Positions 24,401-37,974 of a DNA stretch of 64,000 nucleotides are shown here, in pieces. The DNA comes from Azolla caroliniana. Taxonomy: Eukaryota > Plantae > Polypodiophyta. The position numbers were made by a program, and so were the translations under genes. The notes below the pieces were generated by a model that saw only the letters and a list, made by a program, of their open reading frames with translations, was not told the origin of the DNA and made no database searches. Each line of letters begins with the position of its first letter. Positions within the stretch are counted from its first letter, which is position 1. The stretch spans positions 2,542,001 through 2,606,000 of the forward strand of contig JBHGNT010000005.1 of assembly GCA_043228905.1 (NCBI GenBank), read 5' to 3'.

Positions 24401-25689
24401 AGTTAAAGGATGTGTCACGTGGCTGTGTTCCATTTTCAATATGTTTGAAGATGTTCTTTGATGTTTCTTACCAAAGCTTTGATTGAAAATTTAGACTATA
24501 ATAAGATAGTATTGTTGATTACTTCAATAGACAGAAGCATCTTGATCGAGGACAATGTGTTGTTCACAAAGCTTGACTGAAAATAGAGTATAGGTAGATC
24601 TCCTTTTAAGTTATGATTGTAGAGTCGAATCAGTCAAAAGAGTTAGAACTCAATATAAAAAAGCTCCAATACCACATACAATTGAGGAAAAGGGGATGAA
24701 TTGACAATATACTTGCTAAGACACCCAGAGTAATCAATCACTCAAAGGGTGTTGGCAAAAGGCATTAAAGGGTTTTATGAGAAGTTAACGACATTGAAAA
24801 TACATAGTAGAAACTCAAAAGCATTTAGGAGATAAATGAAAAACTAGGGTTACTTCCAAGTATTTGGGTGTACATTTAAATGGACAAAAAAACATACAAT
24901 ATAGTAAAACATCAAATATCACACTACATCTGGAAGAATCTATGCACATATATTATTGTTCATGCGAATGCAAGTTTGGTTCATGGAATACTATATGCAA
25001 AAAGATGTAGATAACAAAACACTATTGCCTCAACAAGTAATCCAATATCCGATTAACAAACGTTACAGTTTGCTGCTCTATAGCAGAGTCTCGTACAATA
25101 TGATGCATATAATGGAGGACAAATAGAGTCTAGAGAAAACAATGAAACACTCTTAGGATTATTCAAAGAGTGGTTGGGGAAGGAAACCCCTAAGAATTTT
25201 GACATTGGGGGTATCCCAACAATTCTTTGAAACGTCGTAGGCACGTGACCAGTGATTGCAATCGAAGAGTGACGTTACAATTTACCACTCTAGAGCGAGG
25301 TGTATGCAAATACACATACATAGGTAATACATACACAAACACACATACATGTCTATATTAATGCATACATACATACATTACATACATATATGTCTAGATT
25401 ACATGCATACATGCATTACATATACTGTCGATCTTCGCTTTCTTTAGGAACATGCCAAGTATGACGACCTGTGTGGTGTGTGTGTGTCGACGACGAGCAT
25501 TCAAAATTTACTACAACACAGTTGCAGTTGGTAATAATATTGTTTGATAGTAAATAAATAAAGAATAATGTAAATTACCTGAGAAATAAATAAATAAACA
25601 AACAAACAATCAAGTATATTTCATTCAAATTTATTATCACTCACGTTTGGGCTCGGGAGTCGAGGTCTGCAGCAGCAGAAGGGGAGCTC

Positions 25690-25692
25690 TCG

Positions 25693-25737
<45 letters not shown>

Positions 25738-25866
25738 TACCCCTCTCTCTCTCTTTCACACACACAGCCCTCTCTCTCTCTCTCTCACACACACATACAC
25801 TTCTATCACACTCTCTCACACACTCTCACACTCTCACACACACACACACACCACACATACCCCTCC

Positions 25867-25913
<47 letters not shown>

Positions 25914-25971
25914 CACAGATGAGAGAAGCTTAGTCGTTCATCTCCTTTCTTGCTACTCCTTTAGTCTGATT

Positions 25972-26012
<41 letters not shown>
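25690..26012. repeat. Compound (CT)n/(CA)n microsatellites upstream of the PP2C gene
   Basis: Directly visible; typical of plant 5' leader regions. Confidence 0.95.
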
Positions 26013-26017
<5 letters not shown>

Positions 26018-26670
26018 GGGTGTACCAGCACAACCACCATCGCTTACATTTTATCTGCTACTCCTGCTCACAGAAAGCTAGCAGGCAGCACCGTTTCGAA
26101 GAATAATGTATGGAAGCTTGCAAATCTACAAGGCCTGCACACTAAATATCTGACAAGAGAAAGAGATCTGTGGAAAACAATCTGTTACAATTATATCCTT
26201 CGGTCTCGCTTTCATCCTCCTGCAAACTCCTCTCTCTCTCTCTCTCCGTCTTAATTCCTCCCATTAATGAGTTTTATCATGACCTCGCCCACCCTTCCCC
26301 CGTTTAATGTTTCCTTTCTTCTTCTCTAAGCTTTCCCTTGCAGGGGGTTTGTACAGAGGTAAGTAATGGAAACCTGTTAAAAGTATACCTGCTGCTAAAG
26401 CTCTACTTGCGGCACAGAATTAGTGGAACCAGTTACATCTTCTGCAGCAGGATCTCTAGTTTCTGTGACAAGAAATGAAGTACTTAAACAAAATAGTTTA
26501 TGCCTGATTTATTTATTCGTGAGGGAAGTGACGACCTTTCAGGTCTCAGAAATTTTGGCTATGGTGGGAATATATGTTATAATTTCTGCGTGAGGAGTTC
26601 GCAGCAAACTGTTTCCTACATTAATCTTCAACTCAGAAGTCTGATCTGATAATCCGAAGGTGGAGTAGAA

Positions 26671-27490
26671 ATGGGAGCATGTCTTTCTCATATCATAGAT
26701 GGAAGTTCTAGTACTCATGAATATGATTGTGTTGCTTGTTGCGGTGAATATGATCCTTCTCCACGAAGACGAAGCAAATTTAAAGGGAAACAGAAGAAGA
26801 GGCGTGTTATGGAGATACTCGCTGCTGAAGCCAGAAGCAACGAGATTCTTTACAGAACAGTTGGAAGAATGTGCTCCAATGGCTCTACGAGCAACGCCTG
26901 CGTCTTTACTCAGCAAGGGAGAAAGGGAATAAATCAAGACGCCATGGTTGTGTGGGAGGTAAGCTTAATTCTATCTCATGAATCACAATCGACGCTTTTC
27001 CCGTTGTTGCTGCAGAAATTCGTAGATCCAGAGACTCTTGTCTACTTCATCCTTTGCGCTCTCGGAAGAAAGACAATGTCCGCTACTACTAACTTTCTAC
27101 GAAAATGCTGTATTTTGCTTTCATGTTTTGTAGAATTTCGACAGTTCTTGCGCGAACACAACTTTCTGTGGCGTGTTTGATGGTCATGGACCTTTCGGTC
27201 ACCTAGTTGCAAGGAAAGTGAGGGATGCCTTGCCTTCCAAGATCTCTGCACTGAAATTAGCAGACGAACGAAACACAACAGCTATATGTGGTTCTGCATC
27301 TGCTCCTACCACGGAACGTTCTTTGGTACTTGAAGAACAACATCAGAAATGGTTCACAGCATGGAGAGACTGTTTTACGAGAGCTTATCACTCCATGGAC
27401 AAGGAGCTCAAGTCTCATCCCACCATAGACAGTTTCTGTAGCGGAACGACTGCTGTTACGATGCTTCTACAGGTATATGAAGCTTCCATG

Positions 27491-27540
<50 letters not shown>

Positions 27541-29895
27541 TTTGTTAATTTTCAGGGGCGAGATATGCTGATTGCTAATGTTGGGGATTCTCGGGCTGTT
27601 CTTGGAACATTAAGCGTTGATGATGATTCTAGAGTCGAAGCTGTCCAGTTAACCGTAGATCTAAAGCCCAATCTACCATGTAAGTACAACATATCCTTGT
27701 CTCCTCAATTTAGCTGGTTTTTCCACTCTGAGCAGCGAGCCTTCCGTTCTCGTAACTGGTTCTTATATTTTGGCGATGCCTGCTTTGTTTTATTGGTGTT
27801 CGCACCTTGAGCAGCTCCTACGTTGATGGCTATGGATCTAAGTTAATCTGTGATTTTATACAGTGGAAGCAGAGAGGATAAAACGATGTAAAGGACGAGT
27901 TTTTGCTTTAGAAGACGAGCCAGAAGTGGCAAGGGTATGGCTTCCTCATGATGATTCTCCTGGACTCGCCATGGCCAGAGCTTTTGGCGACTTCTGTCTC
28001 AAGGATTTTGGTCTTATCGCAGTGCCAGAGGTAACGTACGCTCGAGTAACAGAAAGAGATCAGTTCGTTGTGCTTGCCAGCGATGGAGTAAGTACTAAAG
28101 CTGAGCATTTGTGGTGGCCTTTGAAGATTAAAATCAGTGTTTCCAGGGAATTCGTCTGACAGAGCTTTGTCTGTGTATTGTGGTGCAGATCTGGGACGTT
28201 CTAAGCAACAAGGAGGTGGTGGAGACGATATGGGAGGCACCAACACGGACCACAGCTGCGAGAGCTTTGGTAGAAACAGCTGTGAGAGCATGGAGGCTCA
28301 AATATCCGACTTCCAAGGTGGATGACTGTGCGGTTGTCTGTTATTTCTTCAACAAGCAGCAGCAACGTCGCCAAGATCTACCAGACATGGTCGTGTCTGC
28401 TTCTTCTTCTTCTGGGAGCTCAGCTATGGCGGAGTTAGACATTGTAGACATTAATGTTGATCATCTGCAAGTCGACCTGCCTATAACCACAGCTTTGTCG
28501 CCAGCAGCTGCAGTGATGGACATCACTGTTGATCATGAATTAGTTCTGCCTGAGAGCGAATACCATGAGAATAATTTCCGTGCTTCTGCTACCTCAGGTT
28601 CCCTGGCGGAAGTTGCAACAGGTGTCGATGTTCAAGGAAATCATACTGAGCGTGAAGGCCAGAAGATGACTGCTGGTTCTGCTAAGACAGATTCCATGGC
28701 AGGCGTTGACATTCATCAGGAGCCTTTGGCCGTTTCTTCTTCTCCCCTAGCAGCGATGGATAAAGCTCTACATATGACAAGTGAGAATGACAACCAGAGT
28801 ATCAATTGTGAGCAAGGTGAAGGATTAATGCAGCGATCAGACACTCTTCGACCTGCCAATGCAGATGCTATACCCATAATATCTCCTCTTTCCCTCTCTT
28901 CTGCGGATGAGCCCTCATTCGAATCTGACTCCCCACAGGAGGATGGAAAGAGTTTCGTCACCATAGCTGGGCCTGAGTTGCATGTAGACATTGGAAAAAA
29001 TGGAGTACACCACAACAATGTCCTCTCTGAAGAAACCATATCTGCGCAACTAAACAATTCTAGCTCACACGTGTCGGATGAATCTTTGACCAGTACGGAA
29101 TCCAGAGCTGAAAACACTAGTAGTTTGGGATCTCCTCCACCTAAAGATTGGAGTTATTGCCCTGAAACAGATCAGCATGCTGCTGAAAACACTAGCAATA
29201 GGCTGGGGTCTTCTCCACCTGCAGCATGCAGTTTAGCTCCTGAATCTGATCGATATATTGCCATCAATAATAGATCAACAGATCCAGCTCAAGGTGAAGA
29301 TGAAGATGTACGGATACAAACAGTTCAGGAGGTCGTGTCAAGCCAGCTGCACCATAGCCAAATTGGTACAGAAATAATGCAATCTTCTGCAACAGCGAAC
29401 CAGGCGACCTCTGCATTCACTATGGATTTTACAGCAGCTTCACGATTCATGCCAGAATTTGAAGGTGCTCCATCAGAGATAACAGTGATGACGGAGGAGG
29501 AAGGTGACACAGGAAAAGCTTCTCCTTTCTTGGCGAGATCTGCTTCTCGAAGAAGCTTAGCAGAGTGTCTGTCTGTAGCAGACGATGAGGAATGGTCAGC
29601 ACTGGAAGGTGTGGCAAGAGTAAATTCATTGCTGAATCTTCCTAGGTTTCTCCAGAGAGGAAGATCGGAGATAATTCGGAGAGCCAATTCGAAATTGAGT
29701 GAGCCTACAGAAGCCAAGAAGAAGACAAAGAAGAAGAAGACGCCATGGAAGCTGCTGAGTTGGGAGCTGATAAGCTTCAAGAGAATCGCACAGAAGATTT
29801 CTGCACGAAACAAGAGCAAGAAGAAGGAGAAGAAGAAGAAGAAGAGGATTGGATTTGAAGAGGGGGCGGAAGAGCAGATTGGGATATGGTACTGA
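26671..29895 (+). CDS. Protein phosphatase 2C (PPM family, clade E-like) with a long C-terminal low-complexity region
   Basis: Exons 26671-26958, 27134-27472, 27556-27679, 27864-28087 and 28189-29895, all GT-AG and in phase. Motifs MGACLS, GRKGINQD, CGVFDGHG, SGTTA, ANVGDSRA, GLAMARAFGD, LASDGIWDVLS, VDDCAVVC and EWSALEGVARVNSLLNLPRF. Confidence 0.93.
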
Positions 29896-32121
29896 TGGCG
29901 AAGGAGATATTTGGCCTGCAGCAGAAAGAAGGAGAAGGAGGAATAAAAAAAAACCCAAGGAAGAATAAGGAGGAGGAGGAGGAGGAGGAAAAACAGAAGA
30001 AGAAGAAAATAAAAAAAAGCAGAAGGAAAGGAAAGGGGTGGAGCTGCTGCTGAGTGAGTGACGGGAGTTGGTTGAGTGACGTGACCGTCGAGCAGCGGCA
30101 GCAGCACGGCGGAGGAGGAAGAAGAAGAAGAAGAAGAAGAAGAAGAAGAAGAGGAGGAAGAGGAAGAACGGACGGACGACGGGAGGGAGCGAGGCAGGCA
30201 GTTCAATCTTTTGCCGGCAAATTTGTTTTGAGGAATTAACTAACCAACCGCCCGATGTTTGCCGTTTTTTTGTTTTTGTTTTGACGAACAGGGGAGGGAG
30301 GGAGGGCATTTGGTGGTTATTATTATTCTTCATCTTCTTCCTTTTTTTTTAACTCTCTCTCTCTCTCTCTCTCCCTGACTAAGGTAGAGTGAGAGTTTTA
30401 TTCATCTGCCCCACGTGGTTGGTACAAGGCAGGCGAACAAAAATCTCTCTCTCTCTCTCTCTCTCTGGGGACACGCAAATATGTATTGGGGGGGGGGGGG
30501 TCTCGCTCGCCCGCCCACAGACAGCGTCATCGTCGTCACGCAGTTTGTCTTTGGCGTCCTTTTTCCCGTAGCCACATAAAAACTGCCGGTAAATATCGTG
30601 TCCCCGTATTAATTAATTAACACTTGTGGACCCCCCCCCCCCCCCCCCCCCCTCCCCGGAAACAGAAAAGCGACCGGCGAAACTCCCCCCCCGCCAACCC
30701 AACAGAAGACGTCAGTCACTCACGCGTCAGGTCCTCCCGTTATCCGTCGTACCACCTTCCCTCTGTTTTTCTTTATTTATTCGTTTCTTCTTTCTTTTTT
30801 CCCTCATTAACTATACTACTGACACCTTCCTCCTCCTCCTCTTCTTCTTCTTTTTCTCCTTGCTTTTTATTATTATTTTTGTTTTGGGCGCTCCTACCGC
30901 TTTTTGTTAATTTTTAAAAGAAGAAGATGATGATGGATGATGGATGTTATCATGTCTTTCACGTATCACTATCACTCAATTAACAGCCATTACAATTTAA
31001 CATATTCATTTTTGCCTCTCTTTTATTTACCAGTGCAATTTCAGTCAGTTTTTTAACTTTTAATTTATTAATTGTCTTTGCTTTTCCCTCAAACCCAAAA
31101 CAGCTTGGGTATTGGATGTTCAAAACCCTCAACCCTATTCTCAGCATGAGCGAAACAAAACAAAACGATACTCTCGTGTGTGTTACATTCATCTTAAATA
31201 GTGCTTGGATCTGGTACATGATCCCCTGCTCTTAATATATAGTATCATTTATGATGCACGCCTTTTATCTTGTAATGTGTGGATGAACTGGTAGTTATTA
31301 CTCTGTGGACGATGCTTGCGTTTCCAAATATCTTCTGGAGGATGCATTTTCTTGTAATAAAGTGGATAGTGAAAGCACTTTATAGTTTTAAAACTGCAGT
31401 ATGACCTCGGGTGAATATGGACGTTGTAATTTCATAGTCGATGAACAGTATTGTCACGTTATCAAATAACATCTATTTTCTAGGATTAGTCTAATTTGTA
31501 ATACAGAGATGAGAGCGAGGATGGGGTGGGGAGAAAACCAATTAATCTAACATGGGTCTGGGTTTTGCTCTTAGTTAGCCATATCCAGGAGGGGATTAAT
31601 ACCTCTTTTTAACATGTAATACTAGAATGAGTTGTGTGGGGCGAGTGAGACAGTCTCAAAATGCCCCTTCTTAAGAAAAGAGGAAGATCCATTACGTTAT
31701 GTTGGACTCAATTATGGGTAGGTAACCTTAAGCATTTGGAATCAATAGGAGGGACGGTGTCTAGGTGAGTGTAAATTTGGAGCTGTTTTATATAGAAAAA
31801 GTTATAGCTTTCCAGTATCTCTGCAATTTACACGATCGTTAATGCTGTGGGTAAAAGCCATAGAGGTACATTCCTATTGCTCACCCATTCTAGAAGCCAT
31901 ATTGGACATTGTTAGTTTTCTCACCTACATTGGTTTGATAGCATGTACATGAGTTTTTTAGCAATGCCGCATTTCCAGCAATGTAAGAACATAACCTGTA
32001 CAGGTTGTCAATGGTGCATCACCAAACACCTAAGGACATGAGTTCCTTGCATTTGGCAATTTTGCGTTTTAGTATAAGGACACATGGGTCCCTAACAAGA
32101 CATTATAAGTCTACGACTACA

Positions 32122-32122
32122 T

Positions 32123-32166
<44 letters not shown>
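32122..32166. repeat. (TAC)n microsatellite
   Basis: Directly visible. Confidence 0.95.
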
Positions 32167-33300
32167 ATGTAAGAAGACGAAGCTTACCACTAGAGTAGAA
32201 ACCAAACCTCTTAATATGCCACCACCACACAAGAGCTCCAAAAGTAGTTGTAGTGGTGGTAATGTAAATAATTGAGGTTAGGATTAGTGTGTGTAGAAAC
32301 TAACCTCCACTTAAAATATGAAAGATATTTAAATACAATTGTTTGAATCTACCAATTTACATGAGGTAGGAACTTTGCAATTCAGCAATTTAAATAGGAT
32401 GGCTCAAAGTTCTTCAACAATTACATTTAACCCATTGATACAAATTGACCCATAGAGACAAGTTCTTCTATTTGCACCCATAGATACAAATTGGCACCTA
32501 GAGACAATGAATATTCACTAAATAGACTAGAACTAGGCAACAATCCTTTTTTTACTCTAGGTTACAAAAATAAGGTTTGTTTCTCTTGCATTTCTGCTCT
32601 AATAATGATATCTTCAAGTCCCACTTTTGACCATGTGTAAGAAAATGATGGGATACAGTTATCCTAAAACCATTTACCATAAAATGAAGCTTGCTAATTT
32701 TTGTTTTATCTAGGCAATAACTTTCCCCATGCAAGTTGACTATATATATATATATATATATCATTATCTTGGAAATTTTTCAAGATTAGTAGGATATTTA
32801 TGATTTTCAAGTTAATTTTTTTCATGGTTAAATGCCAAGATATAATGTGTGCAAAACCGTTATTCATGACAAATGTTTATTCAACAAAAAAATACACATT
32901 TAGAATTATACTCTATAGAATGAAACACACTTAAATATGAGTACAATAATGATAGTGGTAAGTCCACCAAGGGTTATAATACATATATACTAGTTCGGAT
33001 GTGATGCAATGGTAACAATTGGTATATACTTTATATTTTAGTACAAAAAAATGTATCTTGGTGATTCTTGATCTAATGCTATTACGTGGTTGTGGGTTTT
33101 TCATGTTTCTATCATGTTTGGAGGATTTTACATGTAACAAACTAATATACTATTAGTGCACATTTATCTCGCCTGATTGTGAAGCAAACATGACACCATG
33201 TAACAAAGCAAAAATAATAATACAATTGTTGACTTCTTTTTCAATACTTAGGTCCTAGAACAACTATTTGTATTAAGTTTGTAATTCTTTCAAGGGCAAG

Positions 33301-33699
33301 TAACAATCGGCAATGATTCAGTTTGAACCGAACCGAACCTTGAAACTGCGGCTTAACGCCTTAATAGTTTTAACGGCTTGATGGTTTTTAAATATTATAA
33401 AAAAAAAGTTTTTTTTAATTTTTAAAACAACCTTTTCATTTTTAAGCCTAATTCTCACATTTGAGCAAAAATCTTTAAAATTTTGAAAAATTAAAATTTG
33501 AAATAATAAAAATATTTAAATTTTGAATTTTGACCTAAGTTGAAAACCGAAACCAAACCACGAAACTGTGGTTTTAGAGGTTTGGATTTTTACCTAACGG
33601 TTCAGTTTTAACGGTTTTGTGGTTTGGTTCAGGTTTCAAAAATTTTAAACGCTTTGGTTTGGACACTCTTGAAACGAACCGAACCATTGCCAATTGTTA
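33301..33699. mobile_element. MITE-like non-autonomous DNA transposon (hAT-like)
   Basis: Terminal inverted repeats TAACAATCGGCAATGATTC / GAACCATTGCCAATTGTTA. Subterminal AACCG/CGGTT motif clusters and AT-rich core. No TSD found. Confidence 0.65.
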
Positions 33700-33702
33700 A
33701 TA

Positions 33703-33799
33703 AAGAAAGAAAGAAAGATATATTAACGTCTTCTAAGACCAAAATTGGTCCATGAGACAAATGGTTTACAACAAAAATGGGGTATTTACCCATTCATCA
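33703..33799 (-). mobile_element. Extreme 3' end of an RTEX-like LINE with (CTTT)n tail
   Basis: Near-identical inverted copy of 38979-39078 (GATGAATGGGTAAATA.CCCATTTTTGTTGTA...TTAGAAGACGTTAATATATCTTTCTTTC). Confidence 0.85.
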
Positions 33800-34852
33800 T
33801 GTTGCATAGATTTTAAACTTGTTAGCCTCTTCTTTGATGTGTAAAAGCAATGCTTTCACATTTTGCTTTAGCACTCAGTGTCTCATTGTAATAAGTTTTG
33901 TACGGCGGAGACATTTACTTGATCAATATACATTTCAAGCAAATATTTTTTATTTATGTAGATCATGTCACTACCAACCTAAAGTAGTTGCCACATATGT
34001 ACATACAAAAATGCATACATACGTACGTACATACATACAAAAATGCATAAATACATACGTACATACATACATAAATGCATAAATACATACGTACATACAT
34101 ACATAAATGCATTAATACATATGTACATATGAACATACATAGGAATGTCCTTACGATGTACATAATCAAGTTGAGATTATTGAAGAGATTTCTTGAAGAA
34201 GCTAACTTAATCTTCCATATAATCAATTATGAGTAAAAACCCACAATGTGTGTTGAGGGTATGATCATAACTAAAGAGTAGCTAAAGTGGAACTTACACC
34301 AAAGAAAAAATTGGGAATGATATTCACATATGCAATCCATATGATTGTAATAACGTTCTAGTCATGGGAAGCAACTATATGAAGATAGTGTAGCACGGAT
34401 GTAGTATAGATAAAAATACTTCCATATAGGGTGTCTTCAGATATAAGTGAACTTATAATATCAAAAATCTACTTCCAAGCTTTCAAAAAGGGAGTCAAGA
34501 CTACAAGAAACATTCTCATATCAATGCAAGACTCAACTTAAAATTTGATATAACTCTTAACAATTGATACAAATAAATTCTACAAACAGCGAAGTTCACT
34601 TTAGCTTCGCTTGTAGAATTGTGTCCTACAAAAACCTTGTGAAAGCGAAGTTCACTTTACAACCCATATCGATTAACTTTTTTATCTCATCCGGAACTTT
34701 TCAATCACATTCAAAAGTGTCCCCTCTTGTGCCTTTTCAGCGTTTCTCTGCTTGTTCGCTAACATGGGGGACAAAAATTATAAATAAAACAATTACAAGG
34801 CAATTTGCCCTTTATTTTCCCAGCTACACATAACCAATCCCATGCCACATTC

Positions 34853-37800
34853 TCAATTCTCCCCATTGTTTGTGGGCTTTCCATACAGCATCTTGTATAC
34901 TCGGGCAGTGCGAATCGAGAATATTGAGGCCAAACCACTACCAAAAATACACACGCCCATCATTATAAGAAATGTGCTCCGAAAGCAAACTGCCCCGACA
35001 CATGTGGTTGAATCGCTCGATGATAATACACTCGAAGCAGATATAAGCATTTGTTGTTTTGCCGCTTCTAAATCATACAAGTACCCTGCCAAGAAGCCTG
35101 AGAAGAAGAGAGAGCCTGCAGGGCTAGCCATGATGTAGAAGTTGTAGAGCACGCCAAAATTCTTCATTCCAAATATCTCTGAGACGATTGGTGGAACAAT
35201 GCCCCAATGCGAGCCATACCCTATCCCAACGAGTAATGTGCCCACATACAATGTACCTGGCCATGCCATCGCAAAGAGGAAGTGCCCCACAGCCATTATC
35301 AGTTGGGCCATCACCATTGCCCATGATCGAGGAAGCCCATAACCTCTGCAAAAGTTATGGAATATCCCAGGATCAAGCTCAAATCCTTTCACTAGGATTA
35401 GGTGGTTTCTTCTAATGTGGAGAGATAAGAAAATTATTTGTATGCCACAGGCCAGGAGTTTACACCCAGCATGATGCCTCTTTATTTTGGGTTTCCAGAC
35501 TTGAAATGGTGTCTATGATTTTGCAAAAATGAAACTCAACAGTTTCCCAAGAATGCAACAATTGTATAACTAATTATATGTCTCGGTAATTTAAATTAGT
35601 TGCGAAAAATTGAAGGTTCATATGAATGCTTGGTTTCATGCAAAACCTTTTACCTTGTATAAATGACTCGAGGAAAACTAGAAAATACGGTCATTTTTTT
35701 AGTTTCTATTAAAACTCAAACTTCATGATATTGAATGCACAGTTTCATGTGAGTCGTTGCCTTCAGGTTTAAATTGAGTCTGGAAAACTCCTCTTGTAGC
35801 TGATCTAACTTATTGATACCAAATTGAATGAAAACCCCTCCCATTCTCCTATCTACTCGAAAGTTGACATCTTTCACCTTGGGCGATTTTCATGTGAAAC
35901 CTTAATCCCCCCATGCAATTAGGAAAGAAAATTATAAAAATAAGTGCAAAAGAAATAAGGAGACACCTTGCTATAACTTCGGACGCAGAACCTCCGATGA
36001 GGCGACCGACAAAGTTCCAAATGCTAATCATGGAGACAAAAACACTTGAGTTTTCATACCCTTGTGATTGGCTCATTTGTCCCATATTGTCAATAGCTGT
36101 TAAGCCAGTGCCAGACCCACAAATCAAAGCAAAGAAAAGCAACCAAAAATCAGCTTTCACAAATGCTTGACTCAGTGTGAAATCTTCTCCTCTACGAGGG
36201 CCCTTCTTCCTCTTTGTGACCACTGCCCCTTCAGCCGTGGCGAAGACAATGCGATTACGAATCTCTGTGATCTTCTTCATTTTCATTGGCTCTGGGAGCA
36301 GGTCAATCTCAGAGGGCTTTTCATCCTCCAGCTCACTGAAGTCTACCGACCCTGTAAAGCTTCCCCCACGGTTCCCCCCTTTATATAGGTCCGATCCCAA
36401 GTCATGGCTTGTAAAACCCTGTAACACAGGCACCGTTTCCTCACTTATAAGAGGTGTCGTGATCTCCATCTTCTCTTCTACATCGGGTACAGAGACGGGT
36501 GTGTTGGGGTTTGCGGCCACGGGGAAAATCCTCCGCACATACCACGATACGAGAGGCGTAAGAAGCAGAATGAAAATCAAGAAGAGAAGCACCACTGTGA
36601 TCACGAGGCTGACCTCGAAACTTACTGTGACAAAGTCTTGCAAGAGCATCACTCCCATAAGGTAGGCTGCAAGGACAAGGCAATCCGCATAAATGAAGAC
36701 AAACCCGATTGATTCTGAGCGACTGGTGTCCCCAGGTTTGAGCTTAATAGGCCGGATGATGAACATCATGAAGAACGCGACCATAGCAGGGCCGACTGCA
36801 ACTATAAACAGGTAGGCAGCTTGGTCGGGAGCATAGAAAGTAGTGTAAATCTGTGTAAAAATTGCACCACATAAGCCCGTGAAGCCTTTGAGTAGACCCA
36901 CCACATGGCCTCGGCTCTTGGGGAAGTTCCGAACGTTTGTTACCAATGTGGCCGTGTTGAAATATGTCTCCCCATTTGTACCAACAAAGATAAGAATGCA
37001 CACCTACGTTAGAATGTGGTAAGAAATAACACAGTTAGACGTTTTCTCTTTGGAAATGAATGACAAAATTACAGCACTTTGCATCACACAAAGAGGCTTA
37101 TCAGTATTTTGAGAAGAGGAGTGCCTCTATTTTATACCAGAAAACAGTAAAGTTTTCTTCATAAACATGTTGGGGATGAGGCGTTCTATGACTATCTCTA
37201 AGAGTTTCAAATGATGTGTATATATAAACTCCTTCATAGCCATGCACGAAAGATATAACATGAAGCTTTCACATGATGTATGCATATAAGCAAGCTTTCG
37301 TGGTCATTTCTTACCAAGCTCTATGTGTGTATGTTTTCTTGGATTTTCTCACGAAGCTGTGCACAATACAAACATAAAACTTATTGAGATTTGCTTATGA
37401 GATAGAATGCAGAGAGCAAGTCTAAACAACTATACCATACAGTGAAAATCACATACAAAAGGTTGAAAGGAAACCATCAGACAAGAGGAAAAAAAAGCAG
37501 AAAAATTAGGAAGAAAGAAGAAGAAGAAGATGATGATGATGATGAGATGAATTATAAAGCATGAAGTGCAGTGTTTTTAACAGGAAGTATCTTACAGCCC
37601 AGTAAGGGAGGACAGCAGCTCTGCCGGTGACGATCAACCAAAGCCAGCCATAGCCTACCAGGTTCTCTAGGCCACCTATGGCGATGATGGCAGAGGTGGG
37701 CAGGATCTCGATAAGGTATCCAGAGATGAGACCAATGGCATCGCCGATGTCCTTGGCATTGCCCAAAAGATTGATCTCTTTCTGGTTGTAGCCAAGGGTC

Positions 37801-37961
37801 GACTTGAGGAGAGGAGAGAAGCTCCCATAAGCATAACCGATCCCTGCACAAGCTTGGAGCCAGCAGGAGGCTACGAGAACGAGCCACCGGCTCTGCCATA
37901 GCTTCACGAGAAGCGAAGCAACGGCGCTGAGAGATGAGGAAGCAGAGGAAGACGAAGCCAT
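34853..37961 (-). CDS. Nodulin-like major facilitator superfamily transporter (NFD4-like), about 631 aa
   Basis: Exons 37961-37596, 37003-35967 and 35345-34853, GT-AG and in phase. Motifs SRWLVLVAS.WLQ.CAGIGY, GTNGETYFNTA.LV..VRNFP.SRG.VVGLLKGF, GPRRGEDFTL.QA..KADFWLLF and C.G..CFR. Confidence 0.95.
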
Positions 37962-37974
37962 TTTGCTCTGTCTG

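Noticed and set aside
22000-25100. Possible highly decayed LINE endonuclease/RT remnants
   Set aside because: Only faint motif hints; boundaries and identity cannot be supported by eye.
25637-26254. ORFs made of SL/HT/ER/CV repeats
   Set aside because: Translations of microsatellites.
30040-30210. Conserved miRNA precursor
   Set aside because: No match to the conserved plant miRNAs recalled (156, 159/319, 160, 166, 171, 390, 408, 529, 535) and no long hairpin visible.
29325-30333. 293-aa and 235-aa minus-strand ORFs as proteins
   Set aside because: They are poly-Ser/Phe/Leu translations of (CTT)n tracts and the antisense of PP2C.
32431-32510. Short CCCATAGA.ACAAATT repeats as transposon subterminal repeats
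   Set aside because: No terminal inverted repeat or partner end was found.
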